Below are positions 9,373-19,658 of a stretch of 52,699 nt of DNA, in pieces. The stretch comes from Candidatus Magasanikiibacteriota bacterium (GTDB taxonomy: Bacteria; Patescibacteriota; Patescibacteriia; Magasanikbacterales; UBA922), in contig DOMK01000016.1 of NCBI GenBank assembly GCA_003510435.1, positions 1 through 52,699 on the forward strand, read 5' to 3'. Within the stretch, counting starts at the first letter, position 1; every line of letters starts with the position of its first letter. The notes beneath the pieces were generated by a model, which made no database searches, was not told the DNA's origin, and saw nothing but the letters and a program-made list of their open reading frames with translations. Both the position numbers and the translations under genes were made by a program.

Positions 9373-9714
9373 CTAGATTGCACACTCCTTGTACCATACA
9401 AAGTATACACTATCGGTGTGGTCGTCGTTCCCCACCTTCTGGCGGACACGATGTTGTGTCCACTTGACCTGGACATGTCCCTGACTGAAATTTTCAGCCT
9501 CCTCGAAAGTGCGGAATAACCTCACCTTCATGGGACGACCAACCCTTCCAGGGTGGCAATCCATCAAGATGCTGATGTTCAACCCTTGCCCCCACGCCTC
9601 GTGGGAGATGTCGGGCTTGTCCATCACCTCCACTCCCTCAAGAGCCGTGTTGATCTTCTCCTCGACCGCTCCCAGATCTGTCGAGGTGTGAAATTCGAAA
9701 CGGATGGGCTTCAT
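9373..9714 (-). CDS. GC-rich hypothetical protein
   Basis: 113 aa ORF with GGAG RBS and GC-rich codons; TTGACA upstream (~9768-9773). Confidence 0.75.
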   Translation of the reverse strand: MKPIRFEFHTSTDLGAVEEKINTALEGVEVMDKPDISHEAWGQGLNISILMDCHPGRVGRPMKVRLFRTFEEAENFSQGHVQVKWTQHRVRQKVGNDDHTDSVYFVWYKECAI

Positions 9715-9816
9715 CTTGAAACTCCACAGTTGCTGTTTAATTAATTTTTACTCCAAAATTTTATTTTTGTCAATAAAAAAACCAACATTTCTGCCGGCTA
9801 ATTATATATAAGTAAA

Positions 9817-10119
9817 TTATTTGGCCACAAAAGCATTCATAAGAAAAATCACAATACTATTGGCGCTTAAAATTATAACTAAACCGATTATGGTACTAAT
9901 CATAGACCCTCTGGCTTTACCCACCTTTTCTTCATCACCACCAGACAACATCCATCTAGTTCCGGCTGACAAAAACATAAGTAAAGTGATTATACCCAAA
10001 AAACCCAAAGCTACATTTATTAATCTAGCGACAATCAATCTTGGGTCATCACTACCCAAACTTAAACCACTATTCAAAAAACTTAGTCCAAACAAATCTT
10101 GTATTGTTATATTATTCAT
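9817..10119 (-). CDS. Orphan VirB2/TrbC-like pilin-domain protein lacking an obvious signal peptide
   Basis: Two TM helices around GTRWMLSGGDEEKVGKA motif; promoter TTGACA-17-TATACT at 10128-10156. Confidence 0.8.
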   Translation of the reverse strand: MNNITIQDLFGLSFLNSGLSLGSDDPRLIVARLINVALGFLGIITLLMFLSAGTRWMLSGGDEEKVGKARGSMISTIIGLVIILSANSIVIFLMNAFVAK

Positions 10120-10202
10120 ACCAATTTAGTATATATTGTGTACACTCTTTTGTCAAGGTAAAATAAAAAACCAGTATTTCTACTGGTCTATATTTTTTTA
10201 AT

Positions 10203-13028
10203 TTATTTCCCCATACTAGAACTAAGTCTGCCAAACTGGATAAATACTAAGGTAAAAATTATGGCCAAAACATAAGGCGCCACTATTGATACATAATTCC
10301 TTCTGCCTGGTTTGAAATATTTTAAAAGCAATGAATTTGATACCACGGAAATAGAACTAAAGGCCATAGCCAGACCAGCCAATTCTGGTTTTAAAACCAA
10401 ACCTAACCCAACAAAAACTCGAGCCGCAATGGGAATACCAATCACATTATAAAACAAAGCAAAGAACATATTTTGTCTAATCTTGCCGACTGTTTCCCGA
10501 CTCAAATTAATCGCCGTTATCACATCACGCAAATCATTTTTTATAATTACAATCCCGCCCGTCTCCATCGCCACGTCAGTTCCTCCACCCATAGCAATAC
10601 CCAAATCAGCTTGAGCAAGAGCTGGAGCATCATTTATACCATCACCCACCATGGCGACTTTTAATCCACTATCTTGTAATTTTTTTACTTCACTAGCTTT
10701 GTCTTCTGGTAAAACTTCGGCTAAAACATTCTTGATTCCAATTTGTTTGGCAATCGCCTCTGCTGTACGTCGATTATCACCAGTAATCATATAGACCTCA
10801 ATTTTTCTTTTTTGCAAATTTTGTATGGCTTCCAAAGTCGTTTCTTTCAAAGTATCAGCCACAGCAATTAAACCCAGTACTGCTTTCGTGGAAGCTAAAA
10901 GCATCACGGTTTTACCATTTTCTTCTAATTTTCTAATTTTTCTTTCTACAGCTTCGGCATCCAAACCAATGTCTGAAAGTAATTTCCGATTACCCAAATA
11001 ATATTTTTCATTATTTATTTCACCTTCTACACCGTGCCCTGGAATAGCTTTAAAATTTTTAACTTCATTAATTTTTATGCTCTCTTCTTCTGCATATTTA
11101 ACAATCGCTTCAGCTAAGGGATGTTCTGATAATTTTTCTAAACCAGCTGCCAGACTAATTACTTCGTCTTCATCAACCAAACCCATTTCAACAACATCAG
11201 TCACTTCTGGCCGACCATTAGTTAGAGTCCCAGTCTTATCAAAAATAATCGCCTTAATTTTGTTAGCCGCTTCAAGTGGTTCACCACCTTTTATTAATAC
11301 TCCATACTCTGCACCCTTGCCAGTACCAACCATAATGGCGGTTGGCGTAGCCAAACCCAGAGCGCAAGGACAAGCAATCACAATTACTGATGTAAACGCC
11401 ATTAAACTAAAAGATAATCCGGCTCCTAAAAAGAAAAACCAAACTACAAAAGTAAGAACAGCTAACACTAAAACAATTGGCACAAACCAAGCAGAAATTT
11501 TATCAGCCATGGCCTGAATTGGTGCTTTGGAACCTTGGGCTTCTTCAATCAGACGAATAATTTGTGCCAAGGCTGTTTCCTTTCCCACCTTAGTCACTTG
11601 AAATTCAAAACTACCATTCTTATTTATGGTAGCGCCATAAACTTTGTCACCAATATTTTTTTCTACTGGGATACTCTCACCTGTTAACATGGATTCGTCC
11701 ACAGCTGAATTACCTTTGGTAATTTGGCCATCAACTGGAATCTTTTCTCCCGGTCTAACAACAATAATATCACCAGCCACTACTTGATCAATATTAACAT
11801 CTTCAGTTCGACCAGACCGAACAACCCGAGCCGTTTTAGGTTGCAATCCCATTAATTTTTTTATAGCATCAGAAGTTTTGCCTTTAGCTTTGGCCTCCAG
11901 CCATTTACCCAAAATCACAAAAGTAATTAAAAAGGCTGCAGTTTCAAAATATAATTCGGGAATTTTTATACCCTCCAAACCAATCAGAGATTTATTTGGA
12001 ATAGTATAATTTAAAAACTGTGCCAAGCTATAAAAAAAGGCCGTACTAGTGCCAATCGCAATCAAGCTGTCCATGTTAAAAGTTTTCATCTTTAAACTAC
12101 TCCACATGCCTTTATAAAAACCCGCGCCGATTATAAATTGAACTGGAATAGTTAAGATTAAAGAAACTATACCCACAAATGGCAGAATTGTAGAGCGCCC
12201 AGGCAAAAACTCAAAAAAATCAAACAACATAAAATACAGCATGGGCAAACTTAGAACCAAACTGATAATAAATTTAAGCCATTGGCTGTTTATTTCCTTA
12301 GCTTTCTTTTGCCGTTCAGCTTCAGGATTGGAATCATCATAAACTTGGGCTCGATAACCCGCCTGTTTAACCGCCACTAACAAATCCTCAACCTTAGCTT
12401 TGGAATCATCAAAAACCACTCTAGCTTTTTCCGCATTGTAATTTACATTAGCTTCTTTTACTCCGGGTATTTTTTTCAAACTTTTTTCAATAACCAAAGC
12501 ACAAGATGCGCAATGCATACCAGAAATACTTAGTTGCAATTGGTTGTCAGTATTTTGTTTATCATACAAAACCGCTGGTAATTGTTTTGCAGGTTCAACC
12601 GCAGAAGTATTTTGCAGTTGTTCATGCATATTCATTACTCCATTTGAAGTTCTAGTCAATAATTCTGCCAATTTTTCTGCTCCTTCACCCTCAGCTTCTA
12701 TTTTAGTTTCCATTTTTATTTTGAATGGCATCTTTGTTTCAGTGGTTTTTACAAAAATTTGCTTATCAAGTTTTTTTTTATCAACGTCTTCTTCAATATT
12801 ATCATCATCGTCCACTTCGGCTTGATAACCTGCTTCTAATATTTTGTTTTTAATTAGTTCCACGCCAACCAAATTTTGGTCATATTCTACTTCACCCTTA
12901 CCCAAATTACTATCAATACTAACACTAATAATACCAGGTAATTCATTGATAGACAGGGAAATTATTTTCTCACATGAAGCACAGTGCATGCCCTGAATTT
13001 TAAATTTTACTTTTTTAATATTTTCCAT
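10203..13028 (-). CDS. copA: Copper-translocating P1B-type ATPase with two HMA domains
   Basis: GMHCASC x2, [31 protein letters not shown] and MxxSS motifs. Confidence 0.95.
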   Translation of the reverse strand: MENIKKVKFKIQGMHCASCEKIISLSINELPGIISVSIDSNLGKGEVEYDQNLVGVELIKNKILEAGYQAEVDDDDNIEEDVDKKKLDKQIFVKTTETKMPFKIKMETKIEAEGEGAEKLAELLTRTSNGVMNMHEQLQNTSAVEPAKQLPAVLYDKQNTDNQLQLSISGMHCASCALVIEKSLKKIPGVKEANVNYNAEKARVVFDDSKAKVEDLLVAVKQAGYRAQVYDDSNPEAERQKKAKEINSQWLKFIISLVLSLPMLYFMLFDFFEFLPGRSTILPFVGIVSLILTIPVQFIIGAGFYKGMWSSLKMKTFNMDSLIAIGTSTAFFYSLAQFLNYTIPNKSLIGLEGIKIPELYFETAAFLITFVILGKWLEAKAKGKTSDAIKKLMGLQPKTARVVRSGRTEDVNIDQVVAGDIIVVRPGEKIPVDGQITKGNSAVDESMLTGESIPVEKNIGDKVYGATINKNGSFEFQVTKVGKETALAQIIRLIEEAQGSKAPIQAMADKISAWFVPIVLVLAVLTFVVWFFFLGAGLSFSLMAFTSVIVIACPCALGLATPTAIMVGTGKGAEYGVLIKGGEPLEAANKIKAIIFDKTGTLTNGRPEVTDVVEMGLVDEDEVISLAAGLEKLSEHPLAEAIVKYAEEESIKINEVKNFKAIPGHGVEGEINNEKYYLGNRKLLSDIGLDAEAVERKIRKLEENGKTVMLLASTKAVLGLIAVADTLKETTLEAIQNLQKRKIEVYMITGDNRRTAEAIAKQIGIKNVLAEVLPEDKASEVKKLQDSGLKVAMVGDGINDAPALAQADLGIAMGGGTDVAMETGGIVIIKNDLRDVITAINLSRETVGKIRQNMFFALFYNVIGIPIAARVFVGLGLVLKPELAGLAMAFSSISVVSNSLLLKYFKPGRRNYVSIVAPYVLAIIFTLVFIQFGRLSSSMGK

Positions 13029-13034
13029 AACAAA

Positions 13035-13274
13035 TTAATTATTTTTATTAATCACTTTCAATTTTTCCTCATACTCCTTTTTATCAATCTCACTTCTAGT
13101 ATAACGTTCCTGCAAAATATCCAAAGCTGTCTTATTATCATTTTTTGAACCAGAGCTGTTTGTATTTTCTTTCATCAAAAAGATAATTAACCAAACTATG
13201 GCTACCCAAAAAAATAACATAAATATCATCATACCTCCACCCCAACCCCAATTATTGAAATATCCCCACATCAT
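13035..13274 (-). CDS. Small membrane protein with SHOCT domain
   Basis: MMWG..GGGMM TM segment and ALDILQERY..EIDKKEYEE. Confidence 0.85.
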   Translation of the reverse strand: MMWGYFNNWGWGGGMMIFMLFFWVAIVWLIIFLMKENTNSSGSKNDNKTALDILQERYTRSEIDKKEYEEKLKVINKNN

Positions 13275-13289
13275 ATATTTAAAATTAAT

Positions 13290-14615
13290 TTAATTAACTA
13301 CTAAAAACTTCCCTCGATACATCCCCATACTACAAGAAAATGGGATCTCACCAGTTTCCGTGGGAGTAAACTCAATAATATTTTCCCCCGCTTCCAAAGA
13401 CTGACTAATACCATACTTGCGCATCACAATTGAACTGGCACAACTATATTGGCTAGTAGAATTAATTATCCAGCGCACTTTAATACCTTTTTTCACTGTC
13501 AAAATATTTGGACTATAACCAGAATAATCTTGGGTCATTCTTACTTCTTGTATTTCACCACTATCTACTTGTTCTATAGGTTGAGGTTTGACTGATGCGG
13601 TAGAAAACAATCTCAAAGAATTATTAATATTAAATAAACCCAAAACTATTACCACAATACCAGCCGTGCTAAAAAATATTTTTGCTTTTCTGCCTTTAAA
13701 TGCTGAACTTAAAACCCCTACACCAAGCAAACCAAAACTAGTACCAAAGGCAAAAATTGCCAAACCAAATCCTCCTAGCCAAAAACTGCCAGTGGACACC
13801 GCATACAATTGCATGGCTTGAGTAAAGCCACAAGGTAAAAAGAAAGTCAGGACGCCAGACAGCATAGCTCCGCGATGACTATATTCTTTTATATCTCTGC
13901 CAATACCTAATTTATTACTAATAGACTTTGGTAAAGCAATATTTTTATTTTGTAGCATTGGGAAAATTCCTAATAATTTTAAACCCAAGAAAACCATAAC
14001 TAAACTGACTAGTATAGTTAAAAAACCAAGTAAATTAGTCGACAGTTTGAAAGCTGAGCCTAGCCAACCGATTATTCCGCCCAAAATAAAGAAACCACCA
14101 ATTCTGCCTAGATTAAAAAATAAATGAGGACGAAATTTTTGCCAAGCAGTGGCTTCAGGATGCAATTCAGCATGTCGAGCCGAGAGACTTAAAACCAAAC
14201 CACCAATCAAAGCCATGCAAGTAGATACACCAGCTACCAAGCCAATTAACAAAGCTGCGCCTAACCCTGCTTTATTACCCAGACTAGCGCCCAAATCGCC
14301 CAGACCAAACATTTTCCACAAAAAATATATTATAACCAAAATCACAATACCTCTCAATAAATTGTAATAATCATTTTTATCTTGAGAAAACCAAGATAAT
14401 TTATCTGACTGACCAATTTTATAACCAGCATTTTCTACAGCCTGAGAAATCAAATCTGCCTCTGGTTTATTGCCTTCATAATTAATTTCTGCCATCCCAG
14501 TTTTGTGATTAACCTCCACTTTTTTTATATTGGCTATTTTCTTTAATTCACCCTCAACCAAAATCTCACATGATTTACAATGCATCCCTTGAATTGGAAT
14601 ATTTATTTTATTCAT
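13290..14615 (-). CDS. HMA + DsbD_2/TauE-like membrane domain + cupredoxin-like protein
   Basis: GMHCKSC; STCMALIGG and FFLPCGF; C-terminal FSCSMGM. Confidence 0.9.
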   Translation of the reverse strand: MNKINIPIQGMHCKSCEILVEGELKKIANIKKVEVNHKTGMAEINYEGNKPEADLISQAVENAGYKIGQSDKLSWFSQDKNDYYNLLRGIVILVIIYFLWKMFGLGDLGASLGNKAGLGAALLIGLVAGVSTCMALIGGLVLSLSARHAELHPEATAWQKFRPHLFFNLGRIGGFFILGGIIGWLGSAFKLSTNLLGFLTILVSLVMVFLGLKLLGIFPMLQNKNIALPKSISNKLGIGRDIKEYSHRGAMLSGVLTFFLPCGFTQAMQLYAVSTGSFWLGGFGLAIFAFGTSFGLLGVGVLSSAFKGRKAKIFFSTAGIVVIVLGLFNINNSLRLFSTASVKPQPIEQVDSGEIQEVRMTQDYSGYSPNILTVKKGIKVRWIINSTSQYSCASSIVMRKYGISQSLEAGENIIEFTPTETGEIPFSCSMGMYRGKFLVVN

Positions 14616-14655
14616 AATTTTATTTAATCTGTATTAATCTGTTTAAATCAATGCT

Positions 14656-14931
14656 TTATTTCTTAGTTTGATCAAACACCTTCATTAATTCTTTGACAAA
14701 ATCTTGTCTGACTTTTTCATTCTTTGATTCCAGCTTGTGCGCCCCACAAGAGAGTAAATGACTTTCCAAAATATGATTATTAATTTGTTTGAGCATACCA
14801 ATCGCGGCATTTACTTGCTGAGCAATATCCAAACAATAGCGATTGTCAGCCATCATTTTGTCTACCAAGTCCAACTGACCATGAACTTTTTTTAGACTAA
14901 TTTTGATTTTGCCTGTATATGGTTCAATCAT
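14656..14931 (-). CDS. csoR: CsoR/RcnR-family metal-sensing repressor (start moved to ATG 14931)
   Basis: LKKVHGQ..M...RYCLDIAQQ..HLLSC; the longer ORF only adds repeat-derived sequence. Confidence 0.9.
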   Translation of the reverse strand: MIEPYTGKIKISLKKVHGQLDLVDKMMADNRYCLDIAQQVNAAIGMLKQINNHILESHLLSCGAHKLESKNEKVRQDFVKELMKVFDQTKK

Positions 14932-14942
14932 ATGAGAAGGAT

Positions 14943-15044
14943 TAAGGAATAAAGAGTAAGGAGTAAGGAGTAAGGAGTAAGGAGTAAGCCTGCCCACAAT
15001 GTAAGTCCCGATAAAATTGGGATTGCAGGCGGGGAATAAAGAAT
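14943..15044. repeat. TAAGGAG heptamer array interrupted by a 45-bp palindromic REP (14989-15033)
   Basis: (TAAGGAG)n then CCTGCCCACAATGTAAGTCCCGATAAAATTGGGATTGCAGGCGGG; near-identical copy at 45915-45959. Confidence 0.85.
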
Positions 15045-15082
15045 TTTTTAAAATTTATAATTTATAATTGTGAATTGATTAC

Positions 15083-15111
15083 AGTATACCTCCACCCCAG
15101 GTGTAGGTCAA
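15083..15111 (-). promoter_or_regulatory. csoR-cop operon promoter with probable CsoR operator in the spacer
   Basis: TTGACC-TACACCTGGGGTGGAGG-TATACT; TAC..C/G-tract..GTA resembles known CsoR operators. Confidence 0.75.
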
Positions 15112-15132
15112 GAGCTAACCTGTGGATAAACA

Positions 15133-15165
15133 AAAACCACCGTTGTATAGACGATGGTTTTTTTT
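15133..15165. terminator. Intrinsic terminator
   Basis: AAAAACCACCGT-TGTATAG-ACGATGGTTTTT. Confidence 0.7.
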
Positions 15166-15182
15166 AATAATTAATAATGAAT

Positions 15183-15683
15183 TTACGATTGACTATTGGT
15201 ATTAGCATTTTGTGAATTTTCTGATCTCATCATCCCGCGTCCATGCCCGCCAGGACCAAAACCACGACCCATTCCCATACCCTCGCCTTTTTCTGGTAAA
15301 CCCAGTTCTTGTCTTATTGTATTAGCTTCATCAATTTTACCTGCTTGCATCAAATTGTGCATTTCAGTAAACTTAGAAAAATTATTTTCATTCACCACAT
15401 TCATAGTTTTTACAATCGGTGAATTATCCGACTTTTCCTGCATCAGTGCTTTCCAAGCGGTGTAATCTTGATTATCCATAACTTTTTGCATTTCATCTCT
15501 TTGGGCTTGCATTTCAGTAAAGTGAACTTGAACTTCGGCTGGTAACTTGGTTGGATCAAAATTTTGTTTTGTTCCCTGACCTCTATTTGGCAAAGAAGTG
15601 GCTGACGCCATAGTGACACCAGTAAGAATTACTATGGCAGCGACTACCAAGCCAAGGCTAAATAGTTTTTTATGTTTTTCCAT
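15183..15683 (-). CDS. Secreted Met/Gly-rich helical protein
   Basis: Signal peptide, helical core, GMGMGRGFGPGGHGRGMM tail. Confidence 0.8.
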   Translation of the reverse strand: MEKHKKLFSLGLVVAAIVILTGVTMASATSLPNRGQGTKQNFDPTKLPAEVQVHFTEMQAQRDEMQKVMDNQDYTAWKALMQEKSDNSPIVKTMNVVNENNFSKFTEMHNLMQAGKIDEANTIRQELGLPEKGEGMGMGRGFGPGGHGRGMMRSENSQNANTNSQS

Positions 15684-15729
15684 ACAAAATTTATTAGATG
15701 AATTAAGTAGCTACTAGAGTTTGCTAACT

Positions 15730-16518
15730 CTATCTATTAATACGCATCTCATCAAATTTTCTTTCAAAATCTGGTGGCGGTTGATTCATCATTCTAAATC
15801 TTGGTTTATTATTCATCATATGTTTTAACATATCTTCAGTCATTATCATTTCCGCTTCAAATACGTTATCACTTTTTACTTCACCCACCACCCTAACTAC
15901 ATCGCCAATTTTTATAACAAAGACTGGGGGTAACTTTGCTCGTTCAATTAAAACTGTCCATTCTCTATCTTGCAAATCAACCAAAGAAAAATTATTTTCA
16001 TTGATTAATAAAATTTTCCCTGCCAAAAAGCCTTCATCGGGTCTAGCCCACATTCTAGCTCGCCTGTGTTCCAAACCAGGATAAAATGGAATTTGATTGG
16101 ACAAAGAATCCTCTAATCTTTCTCCCCAACCAATTATAAAAGCTAACGCACCAAAGCACAAAGTAAAAAACAAACTAACCCCAATAACAATAAAAATATT
16201 ATAACGATAACCAGTCTTAGTGTGCTTAAAATTAAAATAAGCCACGATTATAAACAAAATAAAAATAATTAACCAAAAAAATGGTAAAATTTCAAATAAA
16301 AAATTAATTGGTCCGCCAGAAATTTTTTCATACACTTCCCAATCACTATTTTCTAAATGAAAAATAGAAACGGCTATTGCCAAAGAACCAATCACAACAC
16401 TTAGGCCTAACAAAAACCACACCAAAGAATCTTTTAGCAAAAAATGCCAGCGAGCTTTTGGTTCAATTTTATCGTGCTTAATTTTTTCTAGCACTTTATT
16501 AATAATTTCTTCTGTCAT
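15730..16518 (-). CDS. Membrane protein, probable anti-sigma factor
   Basis: 3 TM helices, overlaps ECF sigma stop by 4 nt. Confidence 0.75.
   Translation of the reverse strand: MTEEIINKVLEKIKHDKIEPKARWHFLLKDSLVWFLLGLSVVIGSLAIAVSIFHLENSDWEVYEKISGGPINFLFEILPFFWLIIFILFIIVAYFNFKHTKTGYRYNIFIVIGVSLFFTLCFGALAFIIGWGERLEDSLSNQIPFYPGLEHRRARMWARPDEGFLAGKILLINENNFSLVDLQDREWTVLIERAKLPPVFVIKIGDVVRVVGEVKSDNVFEAEMIMTEDMLKHMMNNKPRFRMMNQPPPDFERKFDEMRINR
15741..15769 (-). promoter_or_regulatory. Putative ECF (SigW-like) promoter
   Basis: TTTTGAAAG-16 bp-CGTA, shared with 21571-21600. Confidence 0.55.
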
Positions 16519-17096
16519 AAAATTTTAATATTTTGTTTGACTAATTCTTTTTTAAATTTTTCTTTGGCTCGATTTATCAGGGTCGCGACTGTCCCCATTG
16601 GTTTTTTCAAGATATCAGAAATCTCTTTGTAATCTCTTTCTTCCAAAAATTTTAAAAATAAAACTTCTCTATATTTTACATCCAAACTATTTAAAACTTT
16701 ATTTATCACCTCTTTGCTAAGCTGAATATCTACCTGATCGGCTATATCCAAATCCGACACAAAATTCTGCCAATCCTCTTCCTCAGACAAAATTATTTCC
16801 GTTTGATTCCTCTTTTTTCTAAATTCACTAATAACATGATTATGGGCAATTCTGTATACCCAAGAAGAAAATTTTAAATCCGGATCAAATCCATTTAGAT
16901 TTTCATAAACTTTTATAAAGACCTCCTGTAAAACATCTTCTGCATCCTCATAGCGTACATTTGATATACGCATAATATACCTAAGCAATTTACTTTCATA
17001 TTTTTCCATCAAGCACAAAAAATAACTTTGGTTTTCCAAAACTAATGGGACTAATTCTTCATCAGTTTTTCCTTCGCACTTTATTATATAATTCAT
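16515..17096 (-). CDS. ECF RNA polymerase sigma factor
   Basis: DAEDVLQEVFIKVY, FSSWVYRIAHN, YKEISDILKKPMGTV. Confidence 0.95.
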   Translation of the reverse strand: MNYIIKCEGKTDEELVPLVLENQSYFLCLMEKYESKLLRYIMRISNVRYEDAEDVLQEVFIKVYENLNGFDPDLKFSSWVYRIAHNHVISEFRKKRNQTEIILSEEEDWQNFVSDLDIADQVDIQLSKEVINKVLNSLDVKYREVLFLKFLEERDYKEISDILKKPMGTVATLINRAKEKFKKELVKQNIKIL

Positions 17097-17097
17097 A

Positions 17098-17718
17098 CTA
17101 ACTAGCTATCGTACTAGTAGACATTACTGGGGGCATATTTAAAGTAAAAATTTTTGTATTACTGGAATAAAAAATTATTTTTGAACCACCATCAGGCACT
17201 TGTACAACTAGACTAGTCTCATCTTTTTTTATTATCTTACCATTTATACGCGATGTGCCGGTTTGTCGAGAACGAAATTGTCCACCAGAACCATTTTGTC
17301 CTCCACCCGGCCTCTCACCAGTAAAATTACCTCTATTTGGACGTTGCTCATTATTGTTTTGTTCTTGGTCAGTCTGATTATTAAACTGCCCAGTACTAGA
17401 AGGATGCTCGCTACCAAAACCAAATGATGAAGTTGGAAATTGACCAAGTATAATTTGAAGAGCGTTAATCGTTCCATCAGTATTTGTTTTTCCCATCACC
17501 ATCACCTCTTTACCTACCAACAAATCTTCGGCTGTACTAGTGACACTATTTTTTAAAAAACGATCAGTACTAGAAGTAAAATTAGAATCACCACGCTCAA
17601 TTGTTGGTTGTAAATTATTATCATCTTTGTTTAATTGTAAATTGGTATTGGTGGTACAACCAGAAATTATTATAACAAATAATAATAGCAAACTAAAAGA
17701 TAAAAAAAATCTACGCAT
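17098..17718 (-). CDS. Lipoprotein (DUF5666-like)
   Basis: Lipobox ISGC; LLVGKEVMVMG..DGTINA. Confidence 0.75.
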   Translation of the reverse strand: MRRFFLSFSLLLLFVIIISGCTTNTNLQLNKDDNNLQPTIERGDSNFTSSTDRFLKNSVTSTAEDLLVGKEVMVMGKTNTDGTINALQIILGQFPTSSFGFGSEHPSSTGQFNNQTDQEQNNNEQRPNRGNFTGERPGGGQNGSGGQFRSRQTGTSRINGKIIKKDETSLVVQVPDGGSKIIFYSSNTKIFTLNMPPVMSTSTIAS

Positions 17719-17735
17719 AAAAATATAATTAAAAA

Positions 17736-18959
17736 TTATTGATAACGCAAAGCCTCAATTGGATCAAGCTTGGCTGCCCGCCTGGCTGGGTAATAACCAA
17801 ATACAATACCAATTAAAGCGGCAATTCCCACTGACAAAAAAACTGAACTATATGTAATGGCAGTAGTGAGACCACTAAATTTACTTACCACCAAAGAAGC
17901 CAACCAACCAATAATAATCCCAATTACCCCACCAATAAAAGTCAGGGCCACAGATTCCGCCAAAAATTGGATGCTAATGTCATGTCGATTGGCCCCAAGA
18001 GATTTACGCAAACCAATTTCCCGAGTTCTTTCGGTGACGGTGGTAAGCATCATATTCATAATACCAATACCACCAACGATCAAAGAAATACTCGCAATCG
18101 CTCCCAAAAGTAAAGTTAGAGTATCAGTGACCGAAGAAGCTGAACTAAGTAAATCAGCTTGATTAACAATACTAAAATCTGCTTGAGTGGCATCACTAAT
18201 GTGGTGACGTTGTAAAAGTAAAGTTTGGACTTCTTCTTGAATCATCGTCATAGTTTCAGCCGAAGAGGCTTGAATATTTATATTACTTACCCCTTGGTTG
18301 CCAGTCAAATATTGTTGCGCAGTTGTAATTGGCACATAAATTAAATCATCGGCACTACCAAAACCAGTTCCTCCTTTGGCTTGAGTTATGCCAATAATTG
18401 TAAACTGTTGATCTCCAATTCTAATCTTTTGTCCGACAGAATCAATTCCTTCGCCAAACAAATCAGTATTAACTGTTGGACCTAAAATTGCTACTTTGGC
18501 GCGTGATTGAATTTGACTCGCACTAATTTCTGATCCCAAATTCATAACAATAGCTTTCATTATAAAATAATTACCATCAATCCCATAAACATTGGTGTTG
18601 GTATTGGTGCCTTTTGCTGTCACCTGTTTACGTGTGCTGACAGTTGGGGCCACATTATCAATGTCACTAACATCAGATTTTATAGTTTCAGAATCTTCCA
18701 AAGTTAAATTCTGGGCTGAACCGCTACTACCTCTGACCAAATTGCCTGCCTGTCTCTGAAAACCAGGGGTGACAACTAACAAATTGGTCCCCAATGATTC
18801 AATCCGATTGGTAATATCTTGAGAAGCTCCTTGGCCAATAGAAATCATCGCAATTACAGAACCAATTCCAATTACAATTCCCAAAATCGTTAAAGCCGAG
18901 CGAGATTTGTTGGCCGCCAAAGAAAAAAATGTTTCATTTAATAAATCACTACCTATCAT
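17736..18959 (-). CDS. MacB-like ABC transporter permease
   Basis: RSALTILGIVIGI, GGIGIMNMML..ERTREIG, PARRAAKLDPIEAL. Confidence 0.95.
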   Translation of the reverse strand: MIGSDLLNETFFSLAANKSRSALTILGIVIGIGSVIAMISIGQGASQDITNRIESLGTNLLVVTPGFQRQAGNLVRGSSGSAQNLTLEDSETIKSDVSDIDNVAPTVSTRKQVTAKGTNTNTNVYGIDGNYFIMKAIVMNLGSEISASQIQSRAKVAILGPTVNTDLFGEGIDSVGQKIRIGDQQFTIIGITQAKGGTGFGSADDLIYVPITTAQQYLTGNQGVSNINIQASSAETMTMIQEEVQTLLLQRHHISDATQADFSIVNQADLLSSASSVTDTLTLLLGAIASISLIVGGIGIMNMMLTTVTERTREIGLRKSLGANRHDISIQFLAESVALTFIGGVIGIIIGWLASLVVSKFSGLTTAITYSSVFLSVGIAALIGIVFGYYPARRAAKLDPIEALRYQ

Positions 18960-19648
18960 ATATGATTATTTTTATTATCAGCAATAATTTGACCGTCTTT
19001 TATTTCAATTGTACGATTGGCAAAAGTAGCCACCCCTTTATCATGAGTAATTAAAATTATTGTATGACCATCTTGGCGATTGATATCACCAAAAGTTTGC
19101 AAAACAATTTGACCAGTTTTGGAATCAAGATTGCCTGTTGGCTCATCGGCCAAAATAATATGTGGTTCATTGACCAAAGCGCGAGCAATCGCTACTCGTT
19201 GCATCTGACCACCAGACAATTGATTGGACAAATGTTGCCAACGATCTTCTTCTAACCCTACAGCCTTGAGAGCTTTTTCCGCTTTTTTCAAACGCTCTTC
19301 TTTTTTGGTATTATAATCATAAATAAAAGGTAGCATGACATTGCGCAATACAGTTGCTCGAGGCAATAGATTGAAAGATTGAAAAACAAAACCAATTTGT
19401 TGAGAACGAATCTTGGCCAATTCTTCATCTGACAAAGTTGACACGTCTTTATCATTCAAAAAATATTTACCACTAGAGGGTCGATCCAAAGCTCCCAAAA
19501 TATGCATTAGAGTGGACTTGCCTGAACCAGATGGCCCAATAATAGCCACAAATTCTCCTTTATCAATATTAAAATTAATATCTTTAAGTACAGTCAAAGC
19601 ATTATCACCAGTCTGGTAAATTTTACTAATATTTTGACATCTAAGCAT
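18956..19648 (-). CDS. ABC transporter ATP-binding protein (MacB/LolD type)
   Basis: [24 protein letters not shown]. Confidence 0.95.
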   Translation of the reverse strand: MLRCQNISKIYQTGDNALTVLKDINFNIDKGEFVAIIGPSGSGKSTLMHILGALDRPSSGKYFLNDKDVSTLSDEELAKIRSQQIGFVFQSFNLLPRATVLRNVMLPFIYDYNTKKEERLKKAEKALKAVGLEEDRWQHLSNQLSGGQMQRVAIARALVNEPHIILADEPTGNLDSKTGQIVLQTFGDINRQDGHTIILITHDKGVATFANRTIEIKDGQIIADNKNNHI

Positions 19649-19658
19649 AACTTATCAA

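Noticed and set aside
14943-14988. Tandem repeats as a CRISPR array
   Set aside because: Units are 7-10 bp without unique spacers; no cas genes in the window
15121-15129. DnaA box (TGTGGATAA; near match at 602-610) as replication origin
   Set aside because: Isolated boxes, no cluster and no dnaA/dnaN nearby
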